A stretch of DNA of 31,233 nt, from the IMG/VR virus record IMGVR_UViG_3300037608_000180, positions 1 through 31,233 of that record. One strand, 5' to 3'. The translations under genes were made by a program, and so were the position numbers. Each line of letters opens with the position of its first letter. Positions within the stretch are counted from its first letter, which is position 1. The notes beneath the pieces were generated by a model. It was not told the DNA's origin and ran no database searches. It was given only the letters and a program-made list of their open reading frames with translations. This document shows, piece by piece, positions 27,032 through 31,233 of this stretch. This DNA is from a virus (lineage: Duplodnaviria > Caudoviricetes).

Positions 27032-27823
27032 TTACGGCTGCATGGCGCCAAAGAGCACCAGCCACGCCAACACTGACTTGGCGACAAGGCTCAGAACGAT
27101 GTACACACGTTCGCCATAGAGATAGTCCTTCCACTTCCCCACTTTCTTGTATTGCAGCACCATGTTCACCGGGAAGGTGTTGAACGCCACAAAGTAGGTT
27201 CCGACGATCGCCCAGACAAACCACGGAACCATGCCGAGGTTGCCGGTGCCGAACATATAGAGCAGAATCGCAATCCACGGCGCCAGCCCCGCAACCGAGC
27301 CCCAGACGAACGGGCCCCAGTTGACCGCGTCCTTGGGCTTTCCGGAATTTAACTGCTCCATGACAAGACCGAACAGGTTCATTGAAGCGTTGACGGCGAA
27401 AATCAGCAGCAGCGTCGCGATGTCGTAGATGCCGAACAGCGTCGCGATCAGGACGATCATGATCGACGAGCTGAGCGCATACTCGAACCAGCGGAAGCGG
27501 TTGATTCCCTTTTCGAGGTCGGCATTGTAGATATCGTTGGTCTTCTTCGGAATAGAGATAAGCGCATGGGCAATCGCGGAGATCAAAAGGAACATCGCCA
27601 CGAGAATACCAAACGGAAGCTCGAAGAGCACCTTGGTCGCCGGTTCAAGCGACCGGGTCTGAACGTTGAAAGCAAGGTAATTCTGTGTGATTTTCGGCGC
27701 AAATGCGGCAATCTTTTGAATCACGGTCGTCGCGAGCACCGCCATGAGAACGCTCTGGACGAGGTGCATCCCACCCATAAAGAGGTTGAATTTGCGAAGT
27801 TTGACGAGTGCATTGGTCTGCAT
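27032..27823 (-). CDS. Heliorhodopsin (HeR)
   Basis: Multi-TM; LRKFN..HLVQ, AH in TM2, NRFRWFEYALSSSIM, FGLVME, YLYGERVYIVLSLVAK (SxxAK retinal Lys); start at 27823 after AGGAG. Confidence 0.93.
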   Translation of the reverse strand: MQTNALVKLRKFNLFMGGMHLVQSVLMAVLATTVIQKIAAFAPKITQNYLAFNVQTRSLEPATKVLFELPFGILVAMFLLISAIAHALISIPKKTNDIYNADLEKGINRFRWFEYALSSSIMIVLIATLFGIYDIATLLLIFAVNASMNLFGLVMEQLNSGKPKDAVNWGPFVWGSVAGLAPWIAILLYMFGTGNLGMVPWFVWAIVGTYFVAFNTFPVNMVLQYKKVGKWKDYLYGERVYIVLSLVAKSVLAWLVLFGAMQP

Positions 27824-27863
27824 TTTGGGAACTCCTGTCGGTTTCAATTTTGTTTATGGCGAA

Positions 27864-27905
27864 ATTATACTCCCTCATGCAAAATTGCGCTGTGATGACA
27901 TCACA
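27864..27905 (-). promoter_or_regulatory. HeR promoter: TATAAT plus upstream palindrome
   Basis: TATAAT at 27869..27864; TGTGAT-GAC-ATCACA at 27891-27905; no -35. Confidence 0.55.
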
Positions 27906-28008
27906 AACCGCAGACCTCCTTTGCAAGCGCAGAAATCGTGCTAGAATGGGTGCATCAGCGGCCTTTCGCGCTGTCCATGCCATTTTCGTTGACAAAGGGG
28001 TGAAGCTT

Positions 28009-28986
28009 GTGTCAAGGCGTCTGAAGATCTTCCTGTTTGTTCTCTTATCGCTTCTCGTCGTCCTGCACGCCGCGCCGTATCTTATCGCCGTTCCTACAGC
28101 GACAAAGGAAACCGTTTTGCCCTTTGAGAACAGCAAATTCGCGGTCATAGACGGCGTGTCGCTGCACTACCGGGTTTTTACGCCCGAAAAGCGGACGCAG
28201 AGCAGCCAAAACGTGCTGCTCGTGCACGGCCTTGCCGGATCGACCTTTTCATGGCGATACCAGGTGAACGCGCTTAGGGACGCGGGGCATCTCGTCGTTG
28301 CGGTGGATTTGCCTGGCTTCGGGTACAGCGACAGGTCGGAGGGGCTTGACCATTCGCAGGCGACAAGGGCAAAACTCTTGTGGAAGCTTGTCGATGGCGT
28401 CGCGGAGGAACAAGGGCTTGATAGCACCGCTACATGGCAGATTGTCGGTCATTCCATGGGCGGCTGCACCGTGGCGGCGATGGCGCTGCAGCACCCCGAA
28501 AAGACAAAGGGCATTGTTTTTGTCGATGCCGCCGTGATGGCGGACATGCGCCGCGGCACCGCGTTTGCTTCATACCCGCCGCTTGGGCGATGGCTGCAGG
28601 TGATTGGCCGGTATTATTTAATCGCGGCGCCAAGGATCAAATCGTTGTTGGAATCGGCCTACGGCCGCGAGGCCTTATCTGAAGAGGTGGACGGTTATCT
28701 TGCGCCGCTTCGGCTGCCCGGCACGGAGCGCAGCTTCCTGGACATGATCAAAACAACCACGAATACCCAAGCGGGCGAATTAAAGGCGATTGCGGACTTA
28801 AAAATCCCCGTGCTGACTTTCTGGGGCGCACAGGACGGATGGGTGCCAATAGACGATGCGCTCAAGCTCAAGGAGATCATTACGGATATGACACTGCACG
28901 TGTTCGATGAGGCCCATCACTGCCCCATGGAAACCGAGGCGGCCGGGTTCAACGCCGCGCTTCTCAAATACCTTGAAAAGCAATAA
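28009..28986 (+). CDS. Alpha/beta hydrolase with N-terminal signal/TM
   Basis: HGLAGS, DLPGFGYS, GHSMGG, WGAQD, HCPME; start uncertain. Confidence 0.9.
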   Translation: MSRRLKIFLFVLLSLLVVLHAAPYLIAVPTATKETVLPFENSKFAVIDGVSLHYRVFTPEKRTQSSQNVLLVHGLAGSTFSWRYQVNALRDAGHLVVAVDLPGFGYSDRSEGLDHSQATRAKLLWKLVDGVAEEQGLDSTATWQIVGHSMGGCTVAAMALQHPEKTKGIVFVDAAVMADMRRGTAFASYPPLGRWLQVIGRYYLIAAPRIKSLLESAYGREALSEEVDGYLAPLRLPGTERSFLDMIKTTTNTQAGELKAIADLKIPVLTFWGAQDGWVPIDDALKLKEIITDMTLHVFDEAHHCPMETEAAGFNAALLKYLEKQ

Positions 28987-29005
28987 CAATTACCGGAGAG
29001 ACTGC

Positions 29006-29437
29006 ATGGAAATCAGACTGATGACGATGGAGGATTATCCCGCCGTATTCGGGCTTTGGCAGAACGCGGAGGGCATGGGCTTGCGAAGCCTTGACGACAG
29101 TGAAGCAGGTATACGGGCGTTTCTTGCGCGCAACCCCGCGTCCTGCTTCATTGCGCTTTGTGACGGCGCAATTGCAGGCGCCATTCTTGGCGGGCACGAC
29201 GGGCGCAGGGGCAACATATACCACACGGTGGTGGCAAAACAATACCAAGACCTTGGAATCGGAAAGAGCCTCGTAAACGCGGTTCTGGTGGCGCTTGAGG
29301 CGCAGGGAATCAACAAGGTCAACCTCGTCGTGTTCCGCACAAACGAGAACGGGAACGCTTTTTGGGAAGCCCTCGGGTTTGAAGAGCGGACCGACCTTGT
29401 CTATCGGGGAAAGAGCCTCAACACGGACAACCGCTAG
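29006..29437 (+). CDS. GNAT acetyltransferase
   Basis: GHDGRRG, YQDLGIGKSL, N..GNAFWEALGF; SD GGAGA. Confidence 0.9.
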   Translation: MEIRLMTMEDYPAVFGLWQNAEGMGLRSLDDSEAGIRAFLARNPASCFIALCDGAIAGAILGGHDGRRGNIYHTVVAKQYQDLGIGKSLVNAVLVALEAQGINKVNLVVFRTNENGNAFWEALGFEERTDLVYRGKSLNTDNR

Positions 29438-29462
29438 ACCCGAAAAAGGCAAAGGCAAGAAG

Positions 29463-29496
29463 AAAGGCCCCGTGTCCAGATGGACACGGGGCCTTT
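29463..29496. terminator. Bidirectional terminator hairpin
   Basis: AAAGGCCCCGTGTCCA-GA-TGGACACGGGGCCTTT between convergent genes. Confidence 0.8.
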
Positions 29497-29507
29497 ACGC
29501 GTTTGGT

Positions 29508-31233
29508 TTATGCTCTGTTCGAATCAGCTTCCTCAGCGCTCTTGCGGGAGAAGTACATCACGACCAGCTGTACCACCGCGATGGCTGCCATGAGAATCGT
29601 CCACTTGTCGACCATGATCATCGGGTTCCTCATATCCTCCGTGAGGATGAAGGCGATGATGGCACCCACGGCCGGAATCACACTAAACGCCCTTGGCATC
29701 CCTTTGCCCCTACGCTTGGAGTATCCCACGATCAGTCCGATTGAGGCAAGCGCGGTTCCAATCATGAGGATCAGGTTGACAAGCGCCCAAGTCGGAGGAC
29801 CGCCCAGCGGTACATCGGGGTCCGTAATGATGACCGGGGTTGCGGTCGGTGTCGGGGTCGGCGGTGTTCCGGCTTCATATACAACCGCAATGGAGTGGTT
29901 CGCCCTGACGCTGAAGAATGTATAGGAGTCAGGGAATGCCACAATGCTCACCGGCGTTCCGTCTACCGTCACACTCACCAAATCGTAGCCTTCGTTCGGA
30001 CTGTAGGTGATGGTTCTGGTGGCACCGTACGGGATGTTGAACCTATCCGGCGTAATTGTCCCGTTGGTTACCGCCGTACCGATCGAGTATGTGTTGACTG
30101 TGTATACCACTTCGATCGTATGGTTCGCCGCGATGTCACTAAATGTATAGCTGTTGGGGTATGTCGCGATGCTTACCGGCACACCGTCAACCGTCACGCT
30201 CACCAGACTATAACCGAGGTTGGGAGCATAGGTGACAGTCCGGCTCTCTCCGTACTGGATCCCCGATTCGTCCGGCGTGATCGTGCCGTTCGTCACCGTC
30301 GTATCGATGCTGTACGTGTTGATCTCGTACACCACTTCGATCGTATGGTTCGCGGCGATGTCGTCGAAGGCGTAGCTGCCGGGGTACGTCCCGATGTCCA
30401 CCGGCGACCCGTCAACCGTCACGCTCACCAGGTGGTAGCCGACGTTCGACGAGTACGTAATGGTCCTGTCTTCGCCGTACGGAATGCCCGACTCGTCCGG
30501 CGTAATCGTTCCGTTCGTCGCCGTCGTGTCGATGCTGTACGTGTTGATCTCGTACACCACTTCGATTGTATGGTTCGCTGTGATGTTGCTAAACGTGTAG
30601 CTGCTCGGATACGTCCCGATGTCTACCGGCGACCCGTCAACCGTCACGCTCACCAGATGGTAGCCGACGTTCGGCGAGTACGTAATGGTCCTGTCTTCGC
30701 CGTACGGAATGCCCGACTCGTCCGGCGTAATCGTTCCGTTCGTCGCCGTTGTGTCAATGCTGTACGTGTTGATCTCGTACACCACTTCGATCGTATGGTT
30801 CGCGGCGATGTCGTCGAAGGCGTAGCTGCCGGGGTAGGTCCCGATGTCCACCGGCGACCCGTCAACCGTCACGCTCACCAGGTGGTAGCCGGTGTTCGCG
30901 CTGTAGGTGATGGTGCGATCCGATCCGTACTGAATGCCCGACTCGTCCGGCGTGATCGTGCCGTTGGTTACCGTCGTGTCGATGCTGTACGTGTTGATCG
31001 CGTACACCACGTCGATCGTGTGGTCATCCAAGATGTCGTTGAATGTGTAGCTGCTGGCATAGGTGACGATGCTCACCGGCGACCCGTCAACCGTCACGCT
31101 CACCAGATGGTAGCCGGTGTTCGGGCTGTAGGTGATGGTGCGATCCGATCCGTACTGAATGCCCGACTCGTCCGGCGTGATCGTGCCGTTGGTTACCGTC
31201 GTGTCGATGCTGTACGTGTTGATCTCGTACACC
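29508..31233 (-). CDS. Large surface protein, C-terminal part: tandem 75-aa beta repeats (InlB B-repeat-like), PT linker, 3-TM tail
   Basis: Repeats NGTITP..YG..RTITYSPN.GY.LVSVTVDG..YTF..I.ANHTI; ORF enters from the right edge. Confidence 0.85.
   Translation of the reverse strand, partial: VYEINTYSIDTTVTNGTITPDESGIQYGSDRTITYSPNTGYHLVSVTVDGSPVSIVTYASSYTFNDILDDHTIDVVYAINTYSIDTTVTNGTITPDESGIQYGSDRTITYSANTGYHLVSVTVDGSPVDIGTYPGSYAFDDIAANHTIEVVYEINTYSIDTTATNGTITPDESGIPYGEDRTITYSPNVGYHLVSVTVDGSPVDIGTYPSSYTFSNITANHTIEVVYEINTYSIDTTATNGTITPDESGIPYGEDRTITYSSNVGYHLVSVTVDGSPVDIGTYPGSYAFDDIAANHTIEVVYEINTYSIDTTVTNGTITPDESGIQYGESRTVTYAPNLGYSLVSVTVDGVPVSIATYPNSYTFSDIAANHTIEVVYTVNTYSIGTAVTNGTITPDRFNIPYGATRTITYSPNEGYDLVSVTVDGTPVSIVAFPDSYTFFSVRANHSIAVVYEAGTPPTPTPTATPVIITDPDVPLGGPPTWALVNLILMIGTALASIGLIVGYSKRRGKGMPRAFSVIPAVGAIIAFILTEDMRNPMIMVDKWTILMAAIAVVQLVVMYFSRKSAEEADSNRA
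29880..31233 (-). repeat. Six tandem 225-bp coding repeats
   Basis: (G/A)ATGCTGTACGTGTTGATC recurs at 30306, 30531, 30756, 30981, 31206. Confidence 0.92.

Overview
Positions 1..~20260 are the right-hand part of a temperate, HK97-like siphovirus prophage. Positions ~20260..31233 are host chromosome from what looks like a moderately GC-rich Bacillota/Clostridia-type bacterium (inferred from gene content). Reading the prophage from its right end: 3' half of tRNA-Arg(ACG) (att), tyrosine integrase, CI/Cro switch, Xis-like gene, BRO-KilAC antirepressor, an HUH rolling-circle Rep as the only replication gene, and an ArpU/RinA-like activator. An AT-rich accessory insert follows (small ORF, HigBA-like TA pair, IS1595 remnant, NERD nuclease-SF1 helicase). 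Then come a ParB-methyltransferase, HNH, terminases, portal, protease, capsid, head-tail genes, major tail, tail chaperone and the start of the tape measure. Two -1 slippery sites are visible: capsid to a FIVAR/Fn3-associated extension, and tail chaperone G/GT. Host genes are glycerol-1-P dehydrogenase, a macro-HTH/vWA pair sharing a palindrome, DUF2974 lipase-like, VanW-like, a heliorhodopsin, an alpha/beta hydrolase, a GNAT and a surface protein with 225-bp repeats and a 3-TM tail. All family calls come from motif recognition by eye; no searches were run.
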